The notes under the pieces are model-generated. The model was not told where the DNA came from. It did no database searches and was given only the letters and a program-made list of their open reading frames with translations. The translations under genes and the position numbers were made by a program. DNA of 64,000 nucleotides, taken from contig NC_042998.1 in the NCBI RefSeq assembly GCF_006345805.1, positions 9,548,001 to 9,612,000 of the forward strand, read 5' to 3'. Source of the stretch: Octopus sinensis (lineage: Eukaryota). Positions within the stretch are counted from its first letter, which is position 1. The number at the start of each line of letters is the position of its first letter. Shown here piece after piece: positions 1 to 12,534 of the stretch.

Positions 1-432
1 CCACTCTAGCTGTTCGTAGTAGATCTCCTTTGTTATCGTTTGGTTTGGGTTTAAAAGTTCAAAGTGGACTAAACTTTTCATATCTAACAGATAACAACAC
101 CTTACTTGGGTGAAAACCTTTAGCCTGGGGTGCCAGTGTTTCTCCTTTCTCTACCCACTGTCTCTGGTACTTGACATTTTTATAGAGAAACCATTTCTCA
201 TCACCACTCACTATTCGGTCCAAAAGAGGTTCATTTGTGAGACGTGACAGCAAAGAAGAGCGCACATACACTCTCTGGATGTAATTAGACTGGGAAAGTT
301 TGTGAACAAAACACTGACCCAATTTGTTGACTTTCCCAATGGCATGCAGGTGCCGATGAATGGTTAAATGATCAAATCCAAGCTTCTCTGCTATTTCCTC
401 AACAGTTACAAAGGGATTTTGTTCCACCAGGG
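1..432 (-). mobile_element. Mariner (Tc1/mariner) transposase remnant, frameshifted, running off the window edge
   Basis: ORF 59..427 has the HTH region, a degenerate WVPH(E)L (CFVHKL), DRIVSGDEKW (first catalytic D) and HPSKVLLSV. A second frame continues HFELLNPNQTITKEIYYEQL to base 1. Confidence 0.9.
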
Positions 433-496
433 TTTGCAGGATGTCCTTGTCAAGCTCTACAGATCTTCCAAGATGAGGCTCATAAGTTCTGGAACT

Positions 497-1560
497 CTGA
501 GTAAAATGATTATGTGTAAGGGAGGTAAGTAGTTCTGGATTTGGTGCAATTAGGGTAGATATAGATCTGTAATATGAATGGTGTATGGGGGTTAGTGGTA
601 TTAATTGAAAGGTTAGTAGTGTTCTGTATTATGTGTTCATATTAAGTTGTGGAACATATTTAATGATGAAAGTTGCCTCTTTATTCATTCTTTGTTGTAC
701 TGAGGTGTTCTGTGAACATTGATAGAAGGGGAAAATTAGGAAATTAGGATTATGATTCTTAGCACACCTTTCTATGTGTTCACTAACTTGTATCTATCTG
801 TATTGTGGGTGGCGTATTTGTTCTTTGTGGAGAGTGGTTCTTCGATGGAGTGATATTCCTGTTTGGCCAATATAATTATTACCACACCCTAAGCATGTAA
901 TGGCATAGAATAGATTTTCCGAGGCACAGGTGAAATTTGATTTGATCTTAAATATTTCACCTTGTTTAAAGTGGAATTCTGAACCCTCCAAAAGGTGGGG
1001 GCATGTACCACAGTTAGGTTGACCACATTTTTTTCACTTTTGGTTCTGTTGTTAATCGGTATAGTCTTGCGCTGGTTAATATTTTTTTCACTGATTTAGG
1101 TTGCATTTTGCTCTTGATAATTTTGTGTGAGCCTAAAATTTTGTTCATTGTTTTATCTCCTGTGAGGATGGGAAGATTTTTGGATGATAATGTTGAAGGC
1201 TTCGTTGTTTCTAGGGTTACATGTGGAAATGTATGGGGGTATTTTTAAGTCTGGTTTAGTATTTCGGTTGACTTCCTTTAATGTTCGTATATCTTCCACA
1301 ACTTAATATGAACACATAACATAATACAGAACACTACTAACCTTTCAATTAATACCACTAACCCCCTTAAATTCCATACACCATTCACATTACAGATCTA
1401 TATCTACTCTAATTGCATCAAATCCAGAACTACTTACCTCCCTTACACATAATCCTTTTACTCAGGGACTAGTAGACCTCACACCATTCATTAATCAGTG
1501 TGCATTCAAAGCAATGATAAGTAAATTCACAAAACCGGTATGCTTTTGAATCTCTTTAAC
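497..1560 (-). mobile_element. Penelope-like element (PLE) 3' fragment: linker plus GIY-YIG endonuclease, with an inverted pLTR copy
   Basis: Minus strand reads KKCGQPNCGTCPHL...FTCASENLFYAITCLGCGNNYIGQTG...YVPQLN. 497-654 recurs inverted at 1294-1465. Confidence 0.85.
1504..1551 (+). ncRNA. Decayed minimal type-I hammerhead ribozyme in the Penelope pLTR
   Basis: Stem I ATTCAAAGCA/TGCTTTTGAAT; core ATGATAA (consensus CTGANGA); stem II GT..AC; AAAA (consensus GAAA); palindromic ACCGGT; GTA triplet. Confidence 0.65.
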
Positions 1561-1589
1561 AATTCATGATAATGACTTTTACTCCTACC

Positions 1590-1862
1590 TCAGCCACTTT
1601 GCCTCTGTGAGACCCAACGTTTAGAGGCTGATTTTGTTACATGCCACCAGCATGGGTGCACTTGGCTTGAAGGGTCCTCTTAAGCAGAGCACATTGCCAA
1701 AGGTCTTGGTCACTACTCATTGCTTCTGTGAGGTTCAACATTCGAAGATCATGCTTCACCACTTTGTCCCATGTCTTACTAGGCCTACCTCTACCACAGG
1801 TTCACTCCACAGTTAGAGATCAGCTCTTCTTTACACAGCTGTCCTCCTCCATACACATAAAG
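1590..1862 (-). mobile_element. Old RTE LINE C-terminal remnant
   Basis: Minus strand translates to MEEDSCVKKS..GRGRPSKTWDKVVKHDLRMLNLTEAMSSDQDLW, matching the C-terminus of the RTE at 53200-53395. Confidence 0.8.
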
Positions 1863-2629
1863 ATGTTAAACAGATATTATATCTAAAAATAATTGCTCAA
1901 ATGTGCTCACATCCATTTCAGTGGAGACATCACCAATTTGAATTGAATTTTGAATAAAATGCTTTGCACATAGAACACAGCAAAAGAGTCCTTTCTCCAA
2001 GACCCTCAAATGTTATTTCATATTTGCCATACCATACACCTAATAATAAAGTAAGTTTAATGAGCATCATAAATGTCTTTACAATGAATATTTCTAGCAA
2101 CAAATTCTTTTTGTACACTTCTATAGACATCCATCTACATGTTCAGTGAGCTTTGCAGCTTCACGAGACCCAGGTTAAAGTTGAATTGTGATGAAGGCTA
2201 GTTTTTTTTTTCAGGAAAGAATTATGTCTAATTTATTTGCTGTTAATTGCTCTTTCCTATTAACATTCACAACAGATTTCGATATAATCGGAGTGTACAC
2301 CATCTGAAGAGTATTTGTTAAAAATTTCATTAAAAAACATCCATTTTTTCTGAAAGTTATGAGGAAATGAAGTCGGTGGGGGCAGGGAGCACACTCATGT
2401 AGATTAGCCAAAAATAAATAAATCAAAAGAAAAAGCGGAGTCGCATGTTCGACACGTCTGCCTGGACTTCGCCGAATTGTGTCAATATTGAATATTTCCA
2501 ATGCCAAAATGTAACCTCAAAGCGAAAGAATGCCTAAAGGATTATCGGATTGCATAACAGAACAAATCTTGTTTCAAAGATTGAGCATTTCAGCAAATAG
2601 CAATCAAATCACACCTTCATTTTGATCTC

Positions 2630-3029
2630 TCTCTCTCTCTTTTACTTGTTTCAGTCATTTGACTGCACCCATGCTGGAGCACCACCTTTAGTCGAGCAAA
2701 TCGACCCCGGGACTTATTCTTTGTAAGTCCAGTACTTATTCTATCGGTCTCTTTCGCCGAACCGCTAAGTGACGGGGAGGTAAACATACCAGCATCGGTT
2801 GTCAAGCAATGCTAGGGGGACAAACACAGACACACAAACATATACACGCACATACATATATATATACGACAGGCTTCTTTCAGTTTCCGTCAATCAAATC
2901 CACTCACAAGTCTTTGGTCGACCCGAGGCTATAGCAGAAGACACTTGCCCAACATGCCACGCAGTGGGACTGAACCCGGAACCATGTGGTTGGTAAGCAA
3001 GCTACTTACCACACAGCCACTCCTGCGCC
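2630..3029 (-). mobile_element. tRNA-derived SINE, family A (~400 bp)
   Basis: Head GGCGCAGGAGTGGCTGTGTGG (A box) and GGTTCAGTCC (B box), internal (CA)/(TA) tract; many near-identical copies in the window. Confidence 0.9.
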
Positions 3030-3272
3030 GATTGTTAAAAAAAGAAAAGACAAAGATACATTTGATAATCTAGTCTGATATTAACCCTGCTGGGAGTTTT
3101 CTGGATGGTTACGGGTTATAGTTGGAACAATCATAGATTTGCTCGATCGAGATTAAACTGAAACTAAACAAGTGAGGACTAAAATTTTAAAAAATCATCT
3201 TAATACAGTCTGTATTTCCCTAAAACAAAATATCGAGTTCATGACTCAACATATTTAAAACTTACCTCTCAA

Positions 3273-3640
3273 TCATCATCATCATCGTTTAACGTCCGCT
3301 TTCCATGCTAGCATGGGTTGGACGGTTCAACTGGGGTCTGGGAAGCCCGAAGGCTGCACCAGACCAGTCAGATCTGGCAGTGTTTCTACAGCTGGATGCC
3401 CTTCCTAACGCCAACCACTCCGAGAGTGTAGTGGGTGATTTTATGTGCCACCGACACAGGTGCCAGACGAGGCTGGCAAACGGCCACGCTCAGATGGTGT
3501 TTTTTATGTGCCACCGACACAGGTGCCAGACGAGGCTGGCGAACGGCCATGCTCGGATGGCGTTTTTTATGTGCCACCGACACAGGTGCCAGACGAGGCT
3601 GGCGAACGACCTCGATCGGATGGTGTTTGTTACGTGCCTA
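3273..3640 (-). mobile_element. 5'-truncated RTE 3' UTR copy with three 63-bp units and (GAT)n tail
   Basis: Near-identical to the LINE 3' UTR at 53660-54151. Confidence 0.9.
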
Positions 3641-3983
3641 CAGAATGTAGTCAGAATGTGCAATATGGCATAGGTCTGAATTGTAATCAAACTTGAAGTC
3701 TACGAGGACAATGAGTCTCACAACTTGTAGTTCTGGGTCACAAGATGACCGCTAAAGGTTTTCGTTTAAGACCTAATTTACATCTAACCGGAAAGTAAAT
3801 ATCTATATATATGTATATATAACATTTTGTTGGTTTGAGGCTGACATGCAACAAAGGAGCAAATCCTTACACTAAAACAAATACGTTACCTAAAAAGTTA
3901 ATCCAAGACAAAATAAGTTATCAAGGGAAATAACTCTCATTATGAAAGAAAATTGACGGAGACAGTGAGAAAGTAAATCTTTC

Positions 3984-4367
3984 ATCTTTTACTTGTTTCA
4001 GTCAGCAGACTGCGGCCAGGCTGGGGCACCACCTCGTAGAATTTCTAGTCGAATGAATCGACTTCAGTACTTAATTTCTTTCTTTTTTTTTTTTTGCTAA
4101 GCCTGGTACTTATTCTATCAATCTCTTAAGCCGAACCGCTTAGTTACGGAACGTAAACACACCAACACCGATTGTCAAGTGGTGGTGGGGGACAGACGCA
4201 AAGACACACACATTTACGACGGGCTTCTTCCAGTTTTCGTCTACTAAATCGACTCAAAAGGCCTTGGTCAGCCTGAGGTTATAGTAGAAGACACTTGCCC
4301 AATGTGTCACACAGGGGGACTGAACCCAGAACCATGTGGTTAGGAAGCAAGTTTTTTTTACCACACT
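3984..4367 (-). mobile_element. SINE family A, older copy
   Basis: Diverged match to the family A consensus seen in this window. Confidence 0.8.
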
Positions 4368-5129
4368 GGGAAAAGAAACTTCACCACCTTTTTATTTTTT
4401 GTTATAACAGCTTTATTTTTAACATAACTGTGTCAGCAACCACAATGCTTCGATCGCTTGTAAACGGTATCATACAGAGAGACATTTTTACCATTTCTTT
4501 CAAAAACATATTTTGTCCCAGTGCTGTAAATAACATCTGGTCCAGTTCACTTTATTTATTTATTTTAGTGGGCAATTCTTGAATAATTACTTTGTCAGCC
4601 GCAGATTTTCAACAGACTTAATCATGGGGGTCACCTCGTTTCTTCAACCTGTAACAAGGGGGTGTCTGCAATTTGTTACGGATCAAATACATCAAAAGAT
4701 TTCAGCCGAAAAGCACCAACTTTTTTGTTTAATACATATCATGATTATCGTTTAATGTCCATCTTCTATGCTAGAATGGGTGGGACTATACATATATATA
4801 TTTATAGCTGTGTTGTAAGAGGTTTGCTCCCCAGCCATACAGTTCTGGGTTCAGTCCCATAGATAGATAGTCAGGTGTGTGTATATCAGTGTCTGTGTTT
4901 GTCCCCCACCACTGCTCAACAACCAGTGTTGGTGTGTTCACATCCCTGTAACTCAGGGGTTCAGCAAAAGAGACTGATAGAATAAGTACCAGGTTTAAAA
5001 ATCGTAAGTACTGGGATCAATTCATTTGACTGAAATTCTTTAAGGTGATGCCCCAGCATGGCCATAGTTAACGAATGAAACAAGTAAAAGATTTTTAAAA
5101 ATGTATATATACACACACACACACACATA

Positions 5130-5750
5130 TATATGTATTATCAAACCCCATGTATGTGCTTTTCTTGTTCACCAATTGGCTGCGATTTGACATGGTGGAG
5201 ATGACTCTCTCAAAGTGTCGGGGGTTAAAACACTTGAAAGCCATAGTCATAGACATGGGAGCTTTGTTAGTTGCATCATTGCACCTGCTGCTTATATTTA
5301 CAACTTCAAGCATCATTTCACACATGGATGGCTTTGGCTCTAGTCATCAGGGACGACTCATAGTGCACAAACAGGTTCCTGCTGGTGGCTTTCTTGTAAA
5401 AGATAATGTAAATGGAGCCCTCCCCTGCAATCCTGAGTTGGAAATCGAGCAGAGAGAGGGCTTCAGATTTGTCTGCATGTTCAATTTCAAATTTTGTGTT
5501 CATTGGTGTTGTTGAATATCTGCAACATGATGATGGCCTTCTCCCAGGAGAAAGTAAGCGTTAGGAGGTCGTCAACATATCTAGAGAAAAAGATGCCAGC
5601 TTAAGCACGATGTGCTCCAGTTGGTCCATGTATGTGACGGCCAGGACCACTGAACATAAAGTGATGGTTTTACTAAAGTAGAGGCATAGCATAGATGTTG
5701 AGTGCATTTGAAAATCATTGGGTATGGTTGAGTGGTCAGATATTCTTACC
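5130..5750 (-). mobile_element. Penelope reverse-transcriptase remnant
   Basis: SVVLAVTYMDQLEH...RYVDDLL, then FEIEH..LSLLD..FYKKATSRNLFVHYES (PLE RT palm and thumb). Confidence 0.75.
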
Positions 5751-5849
5751 CCTTTTTAACAAAGGAATGGTGGTGTACTAAAAAGGGGGCTGTTATTCTT
5801 CTTCTTCTTCCAATCAGGACTCATGCCATTAGTCACAAAGAATAATCTC

Positions 5850-6243
5850 TAATTCGAGCCTACTCTAAGCAACTAAGAATGCGTGTGGCAGAAGATCCAC
5901 CCACCACACGCGATAGACTGGCGGTTGCACGTTGTTATCCTCATTCAGTAAATGGTGGCTTTTTAATGGGTGGAGAGCTGAACCATCCTGGGGTACAGAG
6001 GATTCGCAATCTAGACTAGGGTCTGAAAGTTTACCACACCATAGTGGGTTACACCATGGTTCCTCTGCTTTGTGGCAGAAGTAGGAAGAAAGAGTACAGC
6101 GAGGTTCACCCCCCACTCCCGCTGGAGCATCGTGGAACTTAGGTGTTTTTGTTCAATAAACATAATACCTAGTCTGGCAATCAAAACCGCGTTCTTACGA
6201 CTGTGAGTCTGCTTCCCTAACCACTGGACCATTGCACCTCCAC
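5850..6243 (-). mobile_element. tRNA-derived SINE, family D, diverged
   Basis: Reverse complement matches the head and body of the 8038 and 32726 copies. Confidence 0.7.
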
Positions 6244-6249
6244 GGGGGC

Positions 6250-6720
6250 TGTTATTGGGTCTGTGAGGTGAAATTAGTAATTGTAGTAAAGTGTGCACTT
6301 CAGTGGAGGGATGGCTGAGTGGGAAGTTAGATCTAATCTGTTGCTGTGCATACAGAATATAGAACAGTGGTAAAGTTGATCCCACCCTCAGCTGGAGTGT
6401 GGGATTCACAACTAACCAAGATTACTTTCTTAAGATTTGGATTTGAAGTCTGAACCAAAGTTGCATGTCCGGTAAAGTGAGCAGAATAGAGAGAACAGGA
6501 TTGTAGATTTGATGTGTCTGGATGAAAAGGAGCATAGTGGAGAACTAAGGGGAATGCTTAAAATGAGCAGAGGTTGGCAGGTGGAAGTTATCACGATGAT
6601 GGAGATATCAAGGAAGTTGATAAAGGTTTTGGGATGGCAGAAGTGAATTCTAAAGCAGAAAGGAACAAATAGGATTAAGCCTTTGAGTTGATGCCTGGTG
6701 AGTGTGTCGATGTTCATGCA
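6250..6720 (-). mobile_element. Penelope RT thumb remnant
   Basis: FINFLDISI...SRHIKSTILFSLFCSLYRTCNFGSDF resembles the PLE motif HP..K..IP.SQ..RL.RICS...DF. Confidence 0.6.
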
Positions 6721-6887
6721 GTCATCAAAACACTGAGCACATACAGATCTGGTTCAACAAAATTTCTATGATACTTCACCATGGCTGACAATCCATTTGC
6801 CAATTCAGACTCATTTCAGCACTTGAAAGAAACTACACTGCCTTAATTGTAAAACTTACAGCAAAACAGGGAAGAATTGAGTGAGGA

Positions 6888-7190
6888 TCATCATCATCAT
6901 CATCGTTTAACGTCTGCTTTCCATGCTAGCATGGGTTGGACTGTTCAACTGGGGTCTGTGAAGCCAGAAGGCTGTACCAGGCCAGTCAGATCTGGCAGTG
7001 TTTCTACAGCTGGATGCCCTTCCTAACGCCAACCACTCCGTGAGTGTAGTGGGTGCTTTTTACGTGCCACCGACACAGGTGCCAGACAAGGCTGGCAAAC
7101 GGCCACGAACGGATGGTGCTTTTTATGTGCCACCGACACAGGTGCCAGACGAGGCTGGCAAACGGCTATGCTCGGATGGTGTTTTTTTTG
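6888..7190 (-). mobile_element. RTE 3' UTR copy (two 63-bp units)
   Basis: Matches 53790-54151; CATCAT tail. Confidence 0.9.
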
Positions 7191-7421
7191 AGGATGGGTT
7201 TAGTTAAAGAGAAGAGAGTAATGGTGATAAATGTATGTAGGAACAGCATAAGGAGTGACAGGCCATCACTTGGGGATATCATGTAGAGTGATTTAAATAG
7301 AAGTATGAAATGGATTGTGAGAAAAGGAAACAAGTTGAAGAGGTTTAGAGTGTAGTTGAGGAAACTTTAATGCTGTTTTTGTTTATCTTAATTAAGCATA
7401 TCTATGATCAAAAGAAATTCG

Positions 7422-7643
7422 TATTTCTTTATTGCCCACAGGGGGCTAAACATAGAGGGGACAAACAAAGGGATTAGGTCGATTACATCGACCCCAGTGC
7501 ATAACTGGTACTTAATTTATCGAACCCCGAAGGGATGAAAGACAAAGTTGACCTCGGCAGAGTTTGAACTCGGAACGTAACAGCAGACGAAATACCGCTA
7601 AGCATTTCGCCCGGCGTGCTAACGTTTCTGCCAGCTTGTCGCC
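7422..7643 (-). mobile_element. tRNA-derived SINE, family B (Nin-like core)
   Basis: Head GGCG..AGCTGGCAGAA..GAGTTCAAA; core GCCTTTCATCCTTTCGGGGTCGATAAATTAAGTACCAG; repeated at about 16.0, 21.2, 34.0-34.4, 38.7 and 60.8 kb. Confidence 0.85.
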
Positions 7644-7744
7644 TAACCATGACCATCAGAAACTGAAACTAGAATTCTAGTTTCAGTTTAGGTTGATCAC
7701 AAGTTTTGGTTAAATGTTCTAAAAAGGAGAAAGAATAATTCACA

Positions 7745-7975
7745 GGTAAATCTGTTTTATCTACATTTAAGGTTAAGATTACTCACAAATAGTTGTGGAG
7801 ATGAAAAACTGTATCACAGAGATATGGATTCTCTTTAGCATAGATACGTGTGTGTGTGTGTGAATAGTTAATTTATCACATCCACAAATTAATTTACCTC
7901 AAATACTACAGTAATATTAATTCTCACCTGTGTGAATGTGTTTATGTTTAGGTGAACTCATTACTTTGTGAGTAG
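7745..7975 (-). pseudogene. Decayed C2H2 finger remnants downstream of the ZNF gene
   Basis: Minus strand reads [22 protein letters not shown] and AKENPYLCDT, with stops and indels. Confidence 0.55.
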
Positions 7976-8037
7976 TATTAATCAAAAATATTACTGCTGT
8001 ACAAATTCATTTTTGTATGAATATGTTTATCTATGTT

Positions 8038-8335
8038 GAGGCGCAATGGCCCAGTGGTAAGGGCAGCGGACTCGTGGTCGGAGAATCGCGGTTTCAATTC
8101 CCAGACCGGGCGTTGTGTGTTTATTGAGCGAAAACACCTAAAAGCTCCACGAGGTTCCAGCAGGGGGTGGTGGCGACCCCTGTTGTACTCTTTCACCACA
8201 ACTTTCTCTCACTCTCTCTTCCTGTTTCTTGAGTAACGCTGCGATGGACTGGCATCCCGTCCAGGTGGGGGGAACACATACATCACAGAAACCGGGAAAC
8301 TGGGCCCATGAGCCTGGCTAGGCTTGAAAAGGGCT
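8038..8335 (+). mobile_element. tRNA-derived SINE, family D
   Basis: GAGGCGCAATGGCCCAGTGG (A box)...GGTTTCAATTCCC (B box); same family as 32726. Confidence 0.85.
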
Positions 8336-9890
8336 ATGTTTATCGTTATGTTTATCTATACAGTGATATACATCTGTAGAACTGCCTTCAATGTACACAG
8401 AAAAATGCCTTTATTTATTAATCTTTTTTTTTATTTTGATAATTCTCCAAATAGAGACGGTTATTACTGTAGAAAGAAACTGATCAAAAGAGACTGATAG
8501 AATAAGTACTAGGCTTACTAAGTCCTTGGGTTGATTTGTTCGACAAAAGGTGGTGCTCCAGCATGGCTGCAGTCAAATGACTGAAACAAATAAAAGAATA
8601 GTGATATAACTGTCTGTGTTTGTAACCAGACAGGAAATCGAATTTTAGATGAAGTGGATTCAGTTTAGATTATCTTAAATCACATTTTCAAATGGAAATA
8701 TTTGATAGCAGTTCATACAACTTTATAAAGAATATTGATAGCTTTATGGCAAATATCCACTTATATAGCAGACTAATTAAGGACGGATTTCAGAATCTGT
8801 TAAGATGACAAATCAAGATAAAATGATGGCAGACCTTTTCATCACATAAAAATAAAAGTTGAAGATTATATTGACATATAGCATTTAGCTTAACCAATAA
8901 AGGATGGTAGACATATGCTGTAAATAAGAGAAACTATGAACTGTATAAATCTTCCAAACAATTCCCTAAATGGAATATATATTTTATATTTTACACCAGA
9001 ATACAGTATTTTCTGCATACAAATCCATGTGGTACACAGTGTAAACATTAACACATCATCATTATCTTTCCATATCCCGCTGCATTTTACATGGAATTTT
9101 GAATCCTCTAAAGTCATCTTGGAGTATAAACTGGCCTAGTTTTTCTGGCTGTAAATTTTGGTCTCAAAAATTCAACATTTATGCTGGAAAATACAATATA
9201 TATAAGGCACAGGAAAGAATGCACACACACAATCTCATACAGTATGAAATAATTTTGGTTATGGTTTGAATATTTTATATATAATTATAACTGTACAGTA
9301 AATTAATCCCTGATTTAAGACAAATACATTTCTCAACAATTTGCCCATAATCTTTATATATATGTGTGTGTCCTTTATACAAATCCACAATTTTTCAGTA
9401 AGAGGGCTCGCACTTTCTATGGTCATTCAAAACCATCCAAGGGTGGTCGTGCACATCTTTACATTTCCCCAGTCACCCTGCAAAGCCATTAAATAATCAA
9501 TAGAAGTGACTTTTTGTGAATTTTCTATCCAAAACCCAATCAAAATGCCCGAAACTTGATACGCCAATTGAATGCCAGCTAGCTGTATGTGATTGGTCGG
9601 AGATTTGGACAGTACTTGCGTGTATGTGCACACACTCGCAGTTGTATATGCATGCACTAGTATCTGTTCTCATTTCTAGATATTTCTAAAAATGGAATAT
9701 ATGTCTTCTGAAAAGATGCCTTTATTAAAAAGATAATATAGATTTTACAAGATTGTGTTCATTGGTTAATTGTCACACCATTATATCTTCTCTTTGAGTG
9801 AATACATCTGTGGTTGAAGTATTTCTGTTTATTTAAATAAATCTTAAAATGATTACTCTTCTGCCTCAAAAATATATTTGTGGTATTTTA

Positions 9891-10060
9891 GGTGCGGGCA
9901 TGGCTGTGTGGTTAGGGAGCTTGCTTCCTAGCTACATGGTTTCGGGTTCAGTTCCACTGCGTGACACTTTGGGTAGGTGTCTTCTGCTATAGCCCCGAGC
10001 CGACCGAAGCTTTGTGATTGAATTCGGCAGGCAGAAGTTACTGCCATGTGTGTACATGTG
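9891..10060 (+). mobile_element. SINE family A, 5' fragment, about 130 bp downstream of the ZNF stop codon
   Basis: A/B-box head and start of the body. Confidence 0.75.
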
Positions 10061-10191
10061 CGTGTAGGTGCTCAGTGCCTCTCCGAAAGAGAGAGAAGGA
10101 TTTAGCATATGCATGAGTGACAAAACTTTTCTTCTGTGTGACTTTGTGTAATAAAATATTTTAGAGAGAACTATTTGCTATAGATATGAAA

Positions 10192-12534
10192 TTAATGTGG
10201 AATTTCTCCTGTATGAATTCGTTTGTGAGTAGTTAAGTGACCATTTTGAGAGAATGACTTGCCACAGATATCACAGAGATAGAGTTTCTCACCTACATGA
10301 ATACGCTTATGAGTAGATAAACTGCCGTTTTGAGAAAAGGATTCACCACAGATATCACAGTGATATGGTTTTTCTCCTGTATGAACACGTATGTGGGTAC
10401 GTAAGTTGCTACTTGTATGAAATGATTTACCACAGATATCACAATGATATGGTTTTTCACCCGTATGAATCCGTTTGTGAGTGGTTAACTCACTCCTTTG
10501 AGAGAATGATTTACCACACATATCACAGTAATATGGCTTCTCTCCTGTATGAATACGTTTGTGACCAGTTAATTCACCACTTCGAGAAAATGATTTGCCA
10601 CAGATATCACAATGATATGGTTTCTCACCTGTATGAATACGTATGTGAATAGTTAAGCTACTAGTTATAGAGAATGATTTACCACAGATATTACAGTGAT
10701 ATGGTTTCTCTCCTGTATGGATACGTTTGTGTGTAATCAACTCACTACTCTGACAGAATGATTTACCACAGATTGTACAGTGAAATCGCTTATCCCCTGT
10801 ATGAATGCGTTTATGTCTAGTTAAAAGTCCTTTTGTAGAGAATGATTTATCACAGATATCACAGTGATATGGTTTCTCTCCTGTATGAATATGCTTGTGT
10901 TTATTCAAGTTTCTTGTTATAGAGAATGACTTACCACAGATATCACAGTGCAGTGGTTTCTCTCCAATATGAATATGTTTGTGACCAGTTAATTCAATAC
11001 TTCGAGAGAATGATTTACCACAGGTATCACAGTGATATGGTTTCTCTTCTGAATGAACACCTTTGTGGGTAGTTAATTCACTAATCTGAGAGAATGATTT
11101 ACCACAGATATCACAGTGATAAGATTTTTCTCCTGTGTGAATATGTTTATGAGTGGATAAGTGACTATTTTGAGAGAACGAATCACCACAAATATCACAG
11201 TGATATGGCTTCTCATTCGTATGAATACGTCTGTGAATAGTTAATTCACTATTTTCAGAGAATGATTTACCACAGACATCACAAGGGTAAGGTTTCTCTC
11301 TTTTATCAATATCTTTGTGAGCAATTAATTCAGTACTTTGTGAGAGTGATTTACTATAGATATCAGAAGATGGTTTTCCTTCTGCATGTACATCTTTGTG
11401 AATAGTCAAGTCACTACTTTTGGAGAATGATTTACCACAGATATCACAGCAATATGGTCTCCCTCCCATATCAATACGTTTCTGAGTGGTTAGGTTAGCA
11501 CTTTGAGAGGTTGATTCCTCCAAGTGAGGTGGCTTAATGCCTGGATCATTACCTCTACTTGAGTGGTTTGTTTCAGAAACTGATTTACCAGAGATATGAC
11601 CCTGATTTGAATTCTCTCTTGTATGAATGTGTTTGTGTCTAGATAAGTTAATTGTTTGGGAAAAGGATTTGCCACAGATGTCGCAGCGATATGGTGTCTC
11701 ACCTGTATGAATACGTTTGTGAGTAGTCAAGTCACTACTCTGAGAGCAAGTCTTACCACAGATATCACAATGATATGGCTTATAGCCTGTATGACTACGT
11801 TTATGTCTAGTTAAGTTACTACTGTGGGAAAATGATTCACCACAGATATCACAGTGATATGGCTTATCTCCTGTATGAACGCGTCTATGCTTAGTCAAGT
11901 TGCTTGTTATAGAGAAGGATTTACTACAGATATCACAGTGATATGGCTTCTCTCCTGTATGGATACGTTTGTGCTTAGTTAATTCACCACTTCGGGAGAA
12001 TGATTTTCCACACGTATCACAGTGATATGGCTTATTTTCTGTACGAATATACTTGTGATTTGTCCAGGAGAATGTTTTGCCATATATATGGCACTGAGAT
12101 GGTTTCTTTCCTGTATGAGTTCGCTTGTGAGCAGTCAAGCTACTAGTTATAGAGAATGACTTATCACAGATGTCACAGTGATACGGTTTCTCTCCTGTAT
12201 GAATACGCTTGTGTTTAGTTAAATTACTTGTTATAGAAAACGATTTACCACAGATATCACACTGATAAGGCTTTTCTCCGGTATGAATCCGTTTGTGAGT
12301 AGTCAAGTTACTATTGTGAGAGAATGATTCACCACATACATCACAATGATATGGTTTAACTCCTGTATGAACACGTATGTGTCTTGTTAAATCCCTTTTT
12401 TGAGAGAATGACTTTTTACAAATATCACAGCAGTATGATGTTTTTCCAATCTCTTCATACATCTCATCAGGAACATCAATCCTTTGAGACTGCATTTTAT
12501 GTTTAATCTGGTTTTCACATAGCTTATTTTCCAT
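10192..12534 (-). CDS. C2H2 multi-zinc-finger protein, 780 aa (23 intact plus 4 degenerate fingers), octopus expansion type
   Basis: Uninterrupted ORF of YxCxxCGKSF..L..H.RxH-TGEKP repeats. An in-frame stop lies just upstream of the ATG, and the N-terminal leader is only about 33 aa. Confidence 0.97.
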   Translation of the reverse strand: MENKLCENQIKHKMQSQRIDVPDEMYEEIGKTSYCCDICKKSFSQKRDLTRHIRVHTGVKPYHCDVCGESFSHNSNLTTHKRIHTGEKPYQCDICGKSFSITSNLTKHKRIHTGEKPYHCDICDKSFSITSSLTAHKRTHTGKKPSQCHIYGKTFSWTNHKYIRTENKPYHCDTCGKSFSRSGELTKHKRIHTGEKPYHCDICSKSFSITSNLTKHRRVHTGDKPYHCDICGESFSHSSNLTRHKRSHTGYKPYHCDICGKTCSQSSDLTTHKRIHTGETPYRCDICGKSFSQTINLSRHKHIHTRENSNQGHISGKSVSETNHSSRGNDPGIKPPHLEESTSQSANLTTQKRIDMGGRPYCCDICGKSFSKSSDLTIHKDVHAEGKPSSDIYSKSLSQSTELIAHKDIDKREKPYPCDVCGKSFSENSELTIHRRIHTNEKPYHCDICGDSFSQNSHLSTHKHIHTGEKSYHCDICGKSFSQISELTTHKGVHSEEKPYHCDTCGKSFSRSIELTGHKHIHIGEKPLHCDICGKSFSITRNLNKHKHIHTGEKPYHCDICDKSFSTKGLLTRHKRIHTGDKRFHCTICGKSFCQSSELITHKRIHTGEKPYHCNICGKSFSITSSLTIHIRIHTGEKPYHCDICGKSFSRSGELTGHKRIHTGEKPYYCDMCGKSFSQRSELTTHKRIHTGEKPYHCDICGKSFHTSSNLRTHIRVHTGEKPYHCDICGESFSQNGSLSTHKRIHVGEKLYLCDICGKSFSQNGHLTTHKRIHTGEIPH

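Noticed and set aside
2799-2996. Recurrent ORFs MSSNARGTNTDTQT... and MLGGQTH... (many loci)
   Set aside because: Translations of SINE family A and its internal microsatellite.
3305-3696. Repetitive ORFs such as MCHRHRCQTRLANGH... and MPPTQVPDEAG... (also at 7.0, 13.9, 37.1, 53.5, 55.0, 59.2 and 62.5 kb)
   Set aside because: They come from the 63-bp (multiple of 3) GC-rich VNTR of the RTE 3' UTR, which is open in several frames on both strands; no coding signal.
10365-10652. Plus-strand ORFs inside the ZNF gene (also 11490..11702)
   Set aside because: Antisense shadows of the 84-bp finger repeat.
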